Part shown: in pieces, positions 41,241 to 52,970 of the stretch
Position numbering within the stretch: position 1 is the first letter of the stretch
Layout of the letters: each line of letters starts with the position of its first letter
The notes under the pieces: generated by a model
Told to the model about the DNA's origin: nothing
The model's input: the letters and a program-made list of their open reading frames with translations, nothing else
The model's database searches: none
Program-made: the position numbers and the translations under genes
Origin: Eledone cirrhosa
Taxonomy: Eukaryota
DNA length: 64,000 nt
Direction: 5' to 3'
NCBI GenBank assembly: GCA_964016885.1
Contig: OZ024747.1
Span: forward strand, 16,182,001-16,246,000

Positions 41241-42123
41241 ATATCTATCTATCTATCCATCGCATTTAAAGGCCTCCTGTCCCCTCTTACGAACCCCCCC
41301 CCTCAAACAAAAGTACTTTTACCAACACCAAACTCTAAAACCACAACAACAACACAAAAAAACAAGCAAACACACAAAAACAAACAACTGTTCAACCACA
41401 AACAACAGAAAAACACAAACAATTCCCCTGAATAACACAGTCCAAACCCATGCCACTCCATCCAACACTACTACAATCACACTCACAAACACACCATCAC
41501 CACACAACATATCCCTCCTACACGCCCCTGATGACGAATTATCACCAGACGCGGCTACTTCTCCATCCCCAAATGAAGATGAAGGAGAGCCTCGGAAATC
41601 AAAAAAACAAAAAAAGAGACACCACAAAGCCACAAAAACAAAAATCACCAACACGAACACACAACCACCAACACAAACAACAACAGAAACACCACCACAC
41701 TCACCCCCTCCCTCTACCAGCAACACAAACACCAACACCACCCCAAATACAAAGCCCACCATAAAAGCAAAACTACAAAATGAACAACAAACAAAAAAAC
41801 AAACAAAAAAACAAACAAAATACACATTGTAGACCCCGAGGTAGAAACTGAGGGGAAAACATTTGTAAAAGCAGACTCTCAACCACACCTAAAACTAATA
41901 CGGGTTTCGATAGAAACATATAATAAATTAAAAGAACAGTTTTCACAAGACCTTGGCAACCCCTGCCAAATCGAATAAACCGTGTCCTGTTGAAATGTTT
42001 CCCCACCCCACTCAACACCCTCACCAGAACTGAAATGGAGATTTAACAAACCGATCTCCAGGAAACGAAAAGGTAAGTGCATCCTTTTCACCAACTGTTC
42101 TCCAACAACTGTTCTCCACCAAC

Positions 42124-45100
42124 ATGGCTGACTTACGAGTTGGAAGCGTGAATGTGCGTGGCCTAGGGATGCCTTGGAAACAGGGCCAACTTTAAAGCGA
42201 CCTCAGGTCACACGGTATAGATGTAATAGCCATCACCAAGACAAGGATCCACAAGAGGCAGCAACTAACCCCCATCTTCAATGACTGAGATCTACGCATC
42301 TCTCTGTCAATCGGGAGGTGGAGAGGGAGTGATTGTCATGTTTCGGAAAAACCTGGATCTCGAAGTACAGCAAGTACACTTGGACCCGGAGGGTAGACTG
42401 GGAGTCCTAGACGTGAACAGTATTTGAGGTGGAGCCTTCAGACTGGCGGCCGTTTATGCCCCGACCGGGAAATCACAATCACGGCCAGACTTCTTTAAGC
42501 GTCTATGGTCTTTTCTGGGAACGTCTCGCTCCTTGCTTTTAGTGGGGGACTAGAATGGTATCCTAGATGCACGATGGGACTATGTGGGAGCATGTCCCAG
42601 TAGAGCGGGGAGCAACAGCCTCAAAAATCTAATCGGCCAATTCCAACTGGCCGGTGGATATCGACTAGATTTCCCGACTGCACCACAGTGGAGGTGAGGA
42701 AACCGCAGCGGGACATCTAGATCGTATGTAGATAGGGTTTTCATTAGAAAGAAGGACAAGAAGATGTTAAGCTGTCCACAAATGCACATGGTTGCATATT
42801 CAGATCACAAACTAGTCGTCTGCATAGTCAACCGTGATAGAATACATAGACAGGACCCGGATACTGGAAGCTGAACGTGTGGTTGCCAGGATGAAAAGCC
42901 TACAGTGAACGGATAAGTAGACTAGTCAAGCAACAGTTAACGGGAGCCATCGTCAACAATAAATGGTGGTACTCTCTCAAGAAAGCAATTAGAATAGAAT
43001 CGATAGGGTTTAGCAGAGAGTTAGCCTTACATAAAAACAAAATAGAAAGAGAAATAGTAGCCAACGTAGAGGAGGCACTTAGAAGTGGCAACGCGGCTAA
43101 TGCGTTAGCGTCGAGAACGGCACTGGACCAGTTCTTCGATGAGAAACACGAAGGCTGCGTGGTCAGAAGCAAAACACGTGCTCTAGGCAAGGAAGGAGCG
43201 AAAGCTGCCACCTGAGCCCGAGTGGCGGAGGCGAAAAGTGGCAACAAGTCCACGATTCGGTCTTTGAAAGACCAAAACGGACGCGTGCTAATTGACCCTA
43301 AGCAAATGTGCGCGGCGTTTCAGCAGCACTTTGCGCGACTGTTTGAACAGAACGACGGTGAGCCCAACGCGTCTCTCGAACACGGACACCGAGTTCTGCG
43401 AAAGACCGATCACAGACACTGAGATACGGGACGCTCAGGCCCCCGGCGAGAAACGAAAGTCACCCGGTCTAGATGGTCTACCCTATAAGATTTACATAGG
43501 CAAACCGGACTTATTCCCTGGCATCCTCGAAGCGGTCTACTGCAATTGGCAGCAGAACGGGACAATTCCCAGTTCTGCAGGCAAGGGCGTAGTAACGCTG
43601 ATCAGGAAAGACGAGAACAAGGGAGACGAAATAAACAATTTCAGCCCCATGACTTTGCTCAACACAGTATTAAAGATTTTGGCCAAGGTGCTAGCAACAA
43701 GGCTGGCACTTGTCGTCGAAAACATGGTAGGGAAAGTGCAAACGTGTGCAATCCCGACCAGGTCCATACACGACAACCTCCACCTCATGCGATACATCAT
43801 AGAGAAGGTCGGGTGTAAACCCGGCTTCGGTGGGGCTCTAATCAATTTAGATCAGTCTAAGGCATTCGATAGGGTCGACCATCGATACTTGGAAGCCGTT
43901 CTCAAGGTGGCCCGTTTCGGTCCCGTTTTCAGAGGGTGGATCAAGGCGATGCACACCAGCATCTGCTCGAAGGTCAAGGTGAACGGCTACCCATTGGAGC
44001 CGTTCGCAATCACGCCTTCCATTCGACAGGGATGCCCCCTCTCCTTCATTCTGTACGTATTGACTCTAGAGCCACTACTGCGGAAGTTGGAGCTTTTGAA
44101 GGGCATCCCTTTAGAAAAGGGACTGCGAAAAGCGGTATCGGCTTATGCTGACGATGTGACGGTAATGGTGTCGGAAACCTCGGAAATCAAGGTAATTGGC
44201 AACCTACTACAGGAATACGAAAGGTTCACAGGAGCAAAACTGAACCCGGACAAGTCTGTCGGTTTGCAACTCGGAACGTGGAGAGGCAAACCGATGTCAT
44301 CGGACGCTGGACGGAAGGACCGGTAAAATTGCTCAGGGTCTGGTTCGGTCCAGACCTCCAGTAGGGAAAAACTGGAACGAGGTCATGGCCAAGGTATTTG
44401 CGCTCGACCAGAAATGGGCAGAGTGCAAACTGTCTTTGAAAGGTCGAGCGGAGGTGGCGAACACTTTCATAACTTCCGTCATCTACTACCGCTTGACTGT
44501 TGTGCCTTGACCCCGTGAGTAGCTCACCAAAATGGAAGGCATGCTCTTCCAGTTCCTGTGGAAGAAGCAGGTTCCACTGGTGAGGAGATCCGTCTGCTGT
44601 CAACACCCTTCCAACGGAGGGCTGAGCATGCCGTGGCTAATGATACGCAAACATGCGCTGAGGCTACGGCATCTCCAGGTATTCCTTACCGACCAACTGT
44701 TGTGGGCACCGTTTATGAGACAGGCCTTCCCACAACTTGTCTCGCTGACGGAGCTGCAGTCCTGGGTGAAGCGAAGACCGAAGAAGATGGGCGCCTGGCA
44801 CATTGAATGCGCCGAAGCACTCACAGTCCTCTGTCAAGCGAGCACAGCAATCAGTGGAGACTCCACCTCGACGTTCTATAGAGGGTTAGTACTTTACAAG
44901 TGCGACGACGTGCTCGGGGAGAACTTAGGCGTCGAAGACGACGAGCTCACCAGTCTGTTCGGTAGGACTTTCCCCCCGGGACCTATGGACAACTTCCAAA
45001 GGTCCCTGGCCTAGCAGTGCTACCGAGGAGCTCTACCCGTTCGAGATAAAATTTACAGGCACGGACGCCCCGGCAGGGATCCATCCAAGGGGACGTGTCC

Positions 45101-45392
45101 AAAATGCGAGCAGGACATTTAAACCGTCTTGCACGCAATCGTACACTGTCCGGTCGTAAGCGACCAGAGGAACTACGCAGAAGAACTGCTGTCGCGTATG
45201 GGACAAATCCAGTTGACTGCTGAGTGCATAGTAAGGATTAAACCGCCAGCCTCTTTCAAAAACGAAAGAGAGGCGGTTTTCCTCTGTACAGTGGCTATGC
45301 TGAAAGAGGTTATATGGTGGACGAGATTGAGAGGACTGGGGACAGATGCCTTTCTCTTCGGAAAACAATTGATTCCCTTCTTTAAGTATCAC
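42124..45392 (+). pseudogene. L1/Tx1-like LINE copy 3: near-complete decayed ORF2 (APE endonuclease plus RT), 3' end missing
   Basis: MADLRVGSVNVRGL, YVDRVF, SDHK, PGYWKLN, KSPGLDG, LDQSKAFDRVDH, YADD, with many stops and frameshifts. Similarity to copy 1 ends at TTTAAGTATCAC. Confidence 0.9.
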
Positions 45393-45399
45393 GAATGTA

Positions 45400-45835
45400 A
45401 CCTCTACAATTACCAATTTCTCAAGTAATCACCATCTCCCTATCAAGTAACACCAAACTCTCCCGCTCTCTATATCTACTACTCGGTACACTCTTCCACC
45501 CCCTCTCTATATCAATTTACACCAAACCCTCGCCTCTCTATATCTGTTACACAAAACTCTCTTCTGATACCTCTCTCTATATCAATTAGCACCAAACTAT
45601 CCCCCTCCCTATATATACCATATGACACTCTTTCTCACTCTATCCATCACTACCCTCTATATATCTACTACACGGAACTCTCTTCAAGTCACCCTCTCTA
45701 TATCAATTTACAGCAATCTCTCCCCCTTCTCTATATTTAATATACAACACACTCTCCCAACCTTCCTCTCTATATTAAATAACACGAACTCCCCCCTCTC
45801 TATATTTGTATATATCTCTACCATCTGTCTATAAA
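45400..45835. repeat. Degenerate C/T/A-rich minisatellite
   Basis: Recurrent CTCTCTATATCAATT-ACACCAAAC units. Confidence 0.7.
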
Positions 45836-45919
45836 TAACATAACACGTATATAAATTGTAGATGTGTGTTTTGGTATTTTTGGAAGAAAAATATAATTAT
45901 TGGAGTACCCATGGGACCC

Positions 45920-46230
45920 CTTGCCTCAAGTTCCACCGTCCCTGCATACAAACTTACATACATACACCTTTACCTTCATACCCAACATTATTGGAGCTAC
46001 GGGTTATATACCAACCCGCTTGGACCAATGTATAACTGAACTTGAATTTGTGGACAAAGAGCGCAGCTCCCTAATTCATAGTCTACAAATGGCTGCGATA
46101 GCTTGCACCTTCAAAATTTGCAAAACATTCTTGCAATTCAAGGGATGACAATTTCTTTTCTTTTACAACCTTGTCACCAGGAAGGTGGCCGGTCAAAAAT
46201 ATACTCGAAATTAAGAGAAAGAGATAAACA
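45920..46230 (+). mobile_element. 3' end of an R4/Dong-like (REL endonuclease) LINE followed by (TACA)n
   Basis: YTFTFIPNIIGATGYIP..L..LQMAAIACTFKICKTFL, stop at 46148, short UTR, then (TACA)n. Confidence 0.7.
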
Positions 46231-46589
46231 TACATACATGCATTCATACATACATACATACATACATACATACATACATACATACATACATACATACGTA
46301 CATACATACATATATCATATATATAAATATGCATACATACGTATATGCATAAAGAAAGCCACTTAAATACAAGTGTATTTGTATGTGGATGTGAGCGTGT
46401 GTGAAAGTGTCTTCGTTCCGAGTTCAACTTCCAGCTTGAATAACGATTATACTAGAAAGGCATCCAGCTGTTAGCACACTCAGACATTCAAACGACTGAA
46501 TCAAATTGTCAGTGTTTTCAGAACCGTAACGGCAAAATAGTATCTGGAAGAGAATGCACCATCAGACTAATATCAAAATACATATATGG

Positions 46590-46828
46590 ACAGAGGAGAC
46601 CGAGGTTAGCTGGACATGCTCACCGACATCCAGAGTTGATATTGCACTCAGTACTCCTTTGGGAGCCCCTACATGGACACACTAGAAGAGGAAGACCAAG
46701 GTTAACGTATGTTGATACCCTCAAGACAGACACTGGTCTGTTGGAGATGCAGCACATGGCAGCGATAATGAGGGACAGAGACCGCTGCAGAGAACTCGTC
46801 CATGGATCTCGGGAATTTTACCCGCCTT

Positions 46829-46830
<2 letters not shown>
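46590..46830 (+). mobile_element. 3' end of an RTE-type LINE
   Basis: RLAGHAHRHPELILHSVLLWEPLHGHTRRGRPRLTYVD. Paralogue of 20804-21055. Confidence 0.8.
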
Positions 46831-46890
<60 letters not shown>

Positions 46891-47026
46891 AGTGTAATTT
46901 TCTACACAAAACGAAGGTTATAGAGAAAATTGAGGTTGGTAATGGCACATGGAATATATAAGAGACAGAATACTTTTTTGTGAAAAAACATAATTTTATA
47001 AGGTAAGGAAATAATAAAGGGTATAA

Positions 47027-47074
47027 AAAATGACCGGTTTCGATGGGTCTGCAAAAGCCATCTTTTCAAATGTT
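47027..47074 (-). ncRNA. Minimal type I hammerhead, U3-A8 variant, in the 3' pLTR
   Basis: AACAU UUGAAAA GAUGG CUUUUGCAGAC CCAUC GAAA CCGG UC AUUUU. Confidence 0.75.
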
Positions 47075-47346
47075 GATTAATATTAAGAAAAATTAATAAT
47101 ACGAAGAGTTAAAATTTGAGACTTGAAAATTCAAGTATAAAATTCATTGTGGGATTTCATAGCAGTTTTCATCTAGGTAGCAACAACAGGTTGACTGCTG
47201 TGTCCCTTTCTGGTAGTGAATGAGAAGTTATTTGGGGTGTGGGTTATTTTATAAAGGTCAGATTTAGCAATAGCCAGCTGCTGGTCAGTGAGGGGGTGGA
47301 AGCAATATACACACACATACCTTCATCCACACATACATACACATAC

Positions 47347-47387
<41 letters not shown>

Positions 47388-47456
47388 CACACATACATAC
47401 ACACACACATACATATACATACACACATACACACACACACACATATATATACACAT

Positions 47457-47513
<57 letters not shown>

Positions 47514-47544
47514 TATATATACATACACATACATCCAGATACAC

Positions 47545-47636
<92 letters not shown>

Positions 47637-47733
47637 CCCCACACATACATACACACACACATATATATATATACATACACACATACAAACATACACACAC
47701 ACACACACACACATATATATACACACATACACA

Positions 47734-47765
<32 letters not shown>

Positions 47766-48186
47766 TGCATATATATATATATATACACATACGCATACAT
47801 CCAGATACCCACATACATACACACACACACACACACACGCACACACAATACATACATCCACATGCACACACATACTCACACACACACACACACACATACA
47901 TACACCCACACACAGAGAAATGGCCTTCAAATATATATATATATATATACATACAGACACATATATTTTTTCCATAATATAAGAAGTTGGGGCAGTGAAA
48001 TTAAAATAATTCTGTGTGCGCATATATATATAGACATACGTGTGTGCACGTGCAGGGTTTAACATGGATGTGTTGGTCACACAAAGGCATGGTCTGTCAA
48101 TGAATAAACCTGATTCTACAGAATTGGTCTCTGGTCTTTAATAGTAGTGATTCCGTGCGTATGTGTGTTTATATTTTATGACAATT

Positions 48187-50463
48187 CTATTGGGGTGATA
48201 ACCCGTTTAGTTTTGGTTTAAATTTGTTAAGGAATAGATTTTCTTTGTTTATTCTTTGTTGTTGTGTGAACGAATCTGAGCACTTGTAGAAGGGGAAGAT
48301 TTTAAAGTTGGGTAGTGTCATTCCTGCGCAGTTCGCAATATGGCTGCTCAAGGGGATTTTTCTTGTGTTAGCGTCCCGGATTTGTTGGCGGTGGATGGTC
48401 ATTCTTTTGCGTAATGAGGTGCCCGTCTGTCCTATGTAGTTGTGTTTGCACCCACCGCAAGTTATTGCGTAAATCAAGTTCTCCGAGTTGCAGGTGAAAT
48501 TGTTTTTTACTGTAAATGTTTGGCCATCTTTGAATGTAAATGTTTGTCCTTCAGTGAGGTAGAGGCACGTTCCACAGTTTGTTCTACCACATTTGGTAAC
48601 TGTAGGGTTGAGGATTGGTTTGGGTATATTTGGTCCAGGGAGAATGCGTTTAAGTGATTTGGGTTGTCTTTTACTTTTAAGGATCTTGTGTGTTTCAAGA
48701 ATAGACTTCATTTTTACATCTTTAAGTAGGATGGGGAGGTTTTTGTGTAGGTGATCAAACATTTCGGTATTTCTGGGGTTGAAAGTGGATACATATGGCA
48801 GGGTGTTGAGTGTGGTTTTCTGTTTTGGATTGTTAAGTTGATGGGGATTTAGGTGTTTTGCCCTGTCTATTCCATTGTTGATTATTTCAAGTGGAAAGGC
48901 TCTTAAGATAAGGGTGTCTTTTAGTTCCTTTAGTCTTTGCTCCCGTTTAGGTGGATCTGATACTATGGTACATATACGTTTGGCCAAATTGTAAGGAATG
49001 TTAAGTTTTGTATGTTTTGGGTGACTTGATGTGAAAAAGAGGTATTGCTTGGAATCTGTGGGTTTATAGAATATATCTGTATCTAATTTCCCGTCTATTA
49101 CAGAGATGAGAATATCCAAGAAGGCTAATTCCTTAGGATTGGATTCCATTGTGAATTGTATGTTATTATCTATGTTGTTTATCATGTTTTTAAACGTAGT
49201 AAGTGAGTTCATGTCTTCTTGCCATAGGATAAAGCAGTCGTCTAGATATCTTTTCCAATTGGCTTTGAGGTGTGTGTGGAAAGAGTCTCCAAATAAGAGA
49301 AGGGACTGACTGTATATTTGTTGTTCATGGAATCCCATGACTAGGTTGGCATATGTGGGTGCTACTTTCGTGCCCATTGCCGTACCTGATACTTGTCTGT
49401 ATGTTGAACCATTGAATGTGAAGTAGTTATTTTGTAGGATAAAGCGGAGTCCGTCAGTGATAAAATCTGTGTTGATGCGTGTCGGTATTTCTGATGGGTG
49501 TGTGTTAAGCCAGTATTGGACTGCTGTTATTCCATAGTTGTGAGGTATGTTTGTGTAGAGGTTTATTACGTCAAAGGAGACAAGAATTGTATTTGCACTT
49601 ACTGTTTTAGGGAGGTGTTTCAGCATGTCAAGGTCATCTCGTATGTAGCTCTGTATATGTTGTAGAAAGGGTTTCAGTAGGATGTCCAGAAAGTTGCTAA
49701 GTCTGTGGGTTTCACATGTAGGGCCTGCTATAATTGGCCTGAGTTTTAGGTCTTCTGGTGGTGTTAGTTCAATGTAATTGTTGGTTGAGGTGTCACATGC
49801 ATCGTTTATGGGTTTACATTTGTGAAGTTTCGGTAAGCCGTAAAAAGAGCTTGTATTGCATTTGAAGTGGCTTATATAGTTAAACTCTTTTGTGGTTAAG
49901 CTGTTGCGGTATTTATTCAGTAAGGTCAAAAGGTTCCCCATTGTTTTGGTGTGTTTGTAGTTTTCTGTTTTTTCATAGTATGTGTTGTTTTCTAAAATGT
50001 TAAGTGCGAGGGTCCTATAGTAGTCCGTATTCATAATCACAACAGTACTGCCTTTATCGGCTTCTTTGATAGTTATCTCAGGGTTGTTTCTAAGTGTGAA
50101 TAATTCTTCCCATTCGTGTGTAGATAGGTTTGATTTCGTGTGTTTATTTGTAATTGTTTCATAGGGAAAGTTGGTGATGTGTTCGCAGTACGTGTCCAGT
50201 GCTTTATTTCTTCCCTTTTGTGGGCAGAAATTGCTTTTATTTCTAACCAGTGATTCGTCTTCAGTGTTGGTGTCGTTGTGGAAGAATTCCGTTAGTCGCA
50301 GCTTTCGGCAGTATTCCATGATGTCATCCTTCATTTCGGGGAAGTTTGGTTTACGTGGTGTAGGTGTAAATTTCAGGCCCTTACTTAAAATGTTGATTTG
50401 TGTGTTGGTTAGAGGTGTCTTTGAGAGGTTGATTATTTTTGGTTTCTCCTGAGGGGGGGCCAT
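48187..50463 (-). CDS. PLE reverse transcriptase plus GIY-YIG endonuclease (758 aa)
   Basis: LSKGLKFTPTP, ADKG, FYGLPKLHK, RPII, FDVINLYTNIP, GTAMG, RYLDD, FLDI, linker KCGRTNCGTC, LIYAITC..YIGQT. Confidence 0.93.
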   Translation of the reverse strand: MAPPQEKPKIINLSKTPLTNTQINILSKGLKFTPTPRKPNFPEMKDDIMEYCRKLRLTEFFHNDTNTEDESLVRNKSNFCPQKGRNKALDTYCEHITNFPYETITNKHTKSNLSTHEWEELFTLRNNPEITIKEADKGSTVVIMNTDYYRTLALNILENNTYYEKTENYKHTKTMGNLLTLLNKYRNSLTTKEFNYISHFKCNTSSFYGLPKLHKCKPINDACDTSTNNYIELTPPEDLKLRPIIAGPTCETHRLSNFLDILLKPFLQHIQSYIRDDLDMLKHLPKTVSANTILVSFDVINLYTNIPHNYGITAVQYWLNTHPSEIPTRINTDFITDGLRFILQNNYFTFNGSTYRQVSGTAMGTKVAPTYANLVMGFHEQQIYSQSLLLFGDSFHTHLKANWKRYLDDCFILWQEDMNSLTTFKNMINNIDNNIQFTMESNPKELAFLDILISVIDGKLDTDIFYKPTDSKQYLFFTSSHPKHTKLNIPYNLAKRICTIVSDPPKREQRLKELKDTLILRAFPLEIINNGIDRAKHLNPHQLNNPKQKTTLNTLPYVSTFNPRNTEMFDHLHKNLPILLKDVKMKSILETHKILKSKRQPKSLKRILPGPNIPKPILNPTVTKCGRTNCGTCLYLTEGQTFTFKDGQTFTVKNNFTCNSENLIYAITCGGCKHNYIGQTGTSLRKRMTIHRQQIRDANTRKIPLSSHIANCAGMTLPNFKIFPFYKCSDSFTQQQRINKENLFLNKFKPKLNGLSPQ

Positions 50464-50667
50464 CGAGTATCCTGGTATTTCAGGCTTTTCCCTAAAAAAG
50501 GAATGTAGTTTTGTGTGTGATTATATTTTGTTGGTCTGTTGCGTGTGGGTCTGTAGCTTGTTGTTTCATGAGGGTGAATGTGATGGTGGGGGTGGTATGT
50601 GTTGTGGTTGTTGATGAGCAAGGGTTCTGTTGTTGGTTCATGTGGTCTGGGTGCGTTATTTCTGTGG
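50433..50667 (-). CDS. Putative upstream ORF (C-terminal part, H/P/N/T/R-rich) overlapping the RT ORF
   Basis: The frame is open from the inversion junction (about 50667) to the stop at 50433: YHRNNAPRPHEPTTEPLLINNHNTYHPHHH..YIPFLGKSLKYQDTRWPPLRRNQK. Confidence 0.5.
50471..50499 (-). promoter_or_regulatory. Candidate -1 programmed ribosomal frameshift signal
   Basis: U_UUU_UUA at 50499-50493 in the upstream-ORF frame, an 8-nt spacer GGGAAAAG, then hairpin CCUG-AAAUAC-CAGG. The -1 frame is the RT ORF. Confidence 0.55.
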
Positions 50668-50779
50668 TATCTGGATGTATGTGTATGTATATATATGTGT
50701 GTGTGTGTGTATGTGTATATATATGTGTGTGTGTGTGTATGTGTGTATGTATATGTATGTGTGTGTGTATGTATGTGTG

Positions 50780-50824
<45 letters not shown>

Positions 50825-51096
50825 GTATGTGTATGTATGTGTGGATGAAGGTATGTGTGTGTATATTGCTTCCACCCCCTCACTGACCAGCAGCTGGCTA
50901 TTGCTAAATCTGACCTTTATAAAATAACCCACACCCCAAATAACTTCTCATTCACTACCAGAAAGGGACACAGCAGTCAACCTGTTGTTGCTACCTAGAT
51001 GAAAACTGCTATGAAATCCCACAATGAATTTTATACTTGAATTTTCAAGTCTCAAATTTTAACTCTTCGTATTATTAATTTTTCTTAATATTAATC

Positions 51097-51144
51097 AACA
51101 TTTGAAAAGATGGCTTTTGCAGACCCATCGAAACCGGTCATTTT
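51097..51144 (+). ncRNA. Minimal hammerhead (U3-A8), inverted pLTR copy
   Basis: Reverse complement of 47027-47074. Confidence 0.75.
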
Positions 51145-51265
51145 TTATACCCTTTATTATTTCCTTACCTTATAAAATTATGTTTTTTCACAAAAAAGTA
51201 TTCTGTCTCTTATATATTCCATGTGCCATTACCAACCTCAATTTTCTCTATATATATATATATAT

Positions 51266-51435
51266 ATATTTATTAAAATAACAGATTAAAGTTTAAGCAA
51301 AGAATCGCTGCTTTCACTTAAACTTTAATCTGTTATTTTAATAAATATTTGCTCTACGGTCCTTATATATTTGATATATATTCATCCTTATCGAGCCTTC
51401 TTTGGATTTTAGTCTTCAAATTTATTATTATTACT
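51266..51435. repeat. Fold-back pLTR-like fragment, same family as 10084-10378
   Basis: TATTTATTAAAATAACAGATTAAAGTTTAAG..CTTAAACTTTAATCTGTTATTTTAATAAATA plus the shared tail. Confidence 0.85.
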
Positions 51436-51445
51436 ATATATATAT

Positions 51446-51530
<85 letters not shown>

Positions 51531-51531
<1 letters not shown>

Positions 51532-51615
51532 ACGTTATTCCGGGTTGAACGGAGGTAACCACATGATGATTTCTAAAGAATGAAACAGTTCTAGTCCTGT
51601 AGAATCTCATCTATA
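51531..51615. mobile_element. Inverted plus direct pLTR fragment of the 3697-8603 PLE family
   Basis: TACGTTATTCCGGGTTGAACGGAGGTAACCACA is joined to TGATGATTTCTAAAGAATGAAACAGTTCTAGTCCTGTAGAATCTCATC. The HHR is cut at C3. Confidence 0.85.
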
Positions 51616-51710
51616 TATATACATGTATTTATTTACATATTTGATATATATTTATCCTTATCGAGCACTCTTTGGATTTTAGTCTTCAAATGTATTATTA
51701 TTAGTATATA

Positions 51711-51903
51711 TGGGCGGTGGATTGGCAGTATCGGTAGAGGGTCGGAGGCCATGCTTTCCAGCATAGTTACGTCCCTTTACGATCTGAGTTCAAATCCCGC
51801 CGAAGTTGATTTTGCCTTTCATCCTTACGGGGTCGATAAAATAAAGTACCAGTAATGCAGTGGGTAATTGCTGGCCTTGTGCCGAAAGTAGAAACAATTA
51901 TTA
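51711..51903 (+). mobile_element. Full-length tRNA-derived SINE (central domain resembles the MetaSINE core)
   Basis: A box TGGCAGTATCGG at 51723-51734, B box GAGTTCAAATCC at 51786-51797, ATT tail. Multiple copies occur in this window. Confidence 0.85.
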
Positions 51904-52066
51904 GTATATATTCATAGACACGCGTATCCATAACATAGTTCTCAGGGAGATTCAGCGTGACACAGTCTTTGATAAGTCTAGTCGTTTGAAATACAGATCC
52001 AGCTCATTGAGTGTTTTACGTTGGGAATCTAAGAATTTAAAACAGAATATTCCATATTCCAGGATT

Positions 52067-52157
<91 letters not shown>

Positions 52158-52489
52158 ATATTCATGTTCAGAATACTCTTAGAAAAGAACAAGATTCACG
52201 CCGTCAAATCTTTGTGTAAAGTAATTGATTTCACTCTATATGGTATGTATTACTGAATCATATTATAATAAATATTACTGTGTGATGTATAACAAAAATA
52301 TATAATGACAAAACATCCACATGCAATAGACTCACTCTGATTGAACATATAATTATTAATAGATAATCGATGGTACATTCTGCTTTAGCACACGATCTCA
52401 CTTCTAAAGTCTTGCAAAACATATTGCAAAAAAGATATTATATATATAGGTATGTAATAAACAACATAATACCATTATTTCATTTACCA

Positions 52490-52602
52490 GTTCAAATCCC
52501 GCCGAGGTTGACTTTGCCTTTCATCCTTACGGGGTCGATAAAATAATGTACCAGTAATGCACTGGTTAATTGCTGGCCTTGTGCCTAAGTAGAAACAATT
52601 AT
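52490..52602 (+). mobile_element. 5'-truncated SINE
   Basis: Starts at the B box GTTCAAATCCCGCCGAGG. Confidence 0.85.
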
Positions 52603-52737
52603 TTCATTTACCAGTGGTTTCTTGAAAACAGATATTTATGTCTGTCTTCATTCATTAGAAAAATAATATTATTTTTCTGATGAATGAAGACAGACATAAA
52701 TATCTAAAATCAAGAAACCACTGGTAAATGAAATAAT
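52598..52737. repeat. Palindrome of two opposed hammerhead motifs
   Basis: 52598-52667 (-, CUAAUGA decayed) and 52668-52737 (+, CUGAUGA, helix II partly decayed). Confidence 0.8.
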
Positions 52738-52812
52738 CATCTTAAGTTGTTTATTACATAATTATATATATATATATATGTATAATATCTTTTATATAAT
52801 ATTATTTTTTCT

Positions 52813-52903
52813 GACGGGGTCGATAAAATAAAGTACCAGTAAAATAAAGTACCAGTAATGTACTGATTAATTGCTGGCCTTGTGCCAATAGTAGAAACAA
52901 TTA
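52813..52903 (+). mobile_element. SINE 3' fragment with a short internal duplication
   Basis: ACGGGGTCGAT(AAAATAAAGTACCAGT)x2..AGAAACAATTA. Confidence 0.8.
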
Positions 52904-52970
52904 TTTTTCTGATGAATGAAGATAGACATAAATACCTGTCTTCAAGAAACCACTGGTAAATGAAATAATT
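52899..52970 (+). ncRNA. Type I hammerhead ribozyme motif
   Basis: AAUUAUUUUU CUGAUGA A UGAAGAUAG ACAUAAAUAC CUGUCUUCA A GAAA CCA C UGG UA AAUGAAAUAAUU. Confidence 0.75.

Larger units (their letters stand above)
46887..51251 (-). mobile_element. Penelope-like retroelement, Neptune-like, with an inverted 5' pLTR copy
   Basis: 46920-47542 and 50667-51251 are near-identical inverted repeats flanking an intact RT plus GIY-YIG ORF. (TA)n lies at both outer ends. Confidence 0.92.

Noticed and set aside
51711-51800. tRNA gene
   Set aside because: A and B boxes are present but there is no cloverleaf. It is the head of a multicopy SINE.
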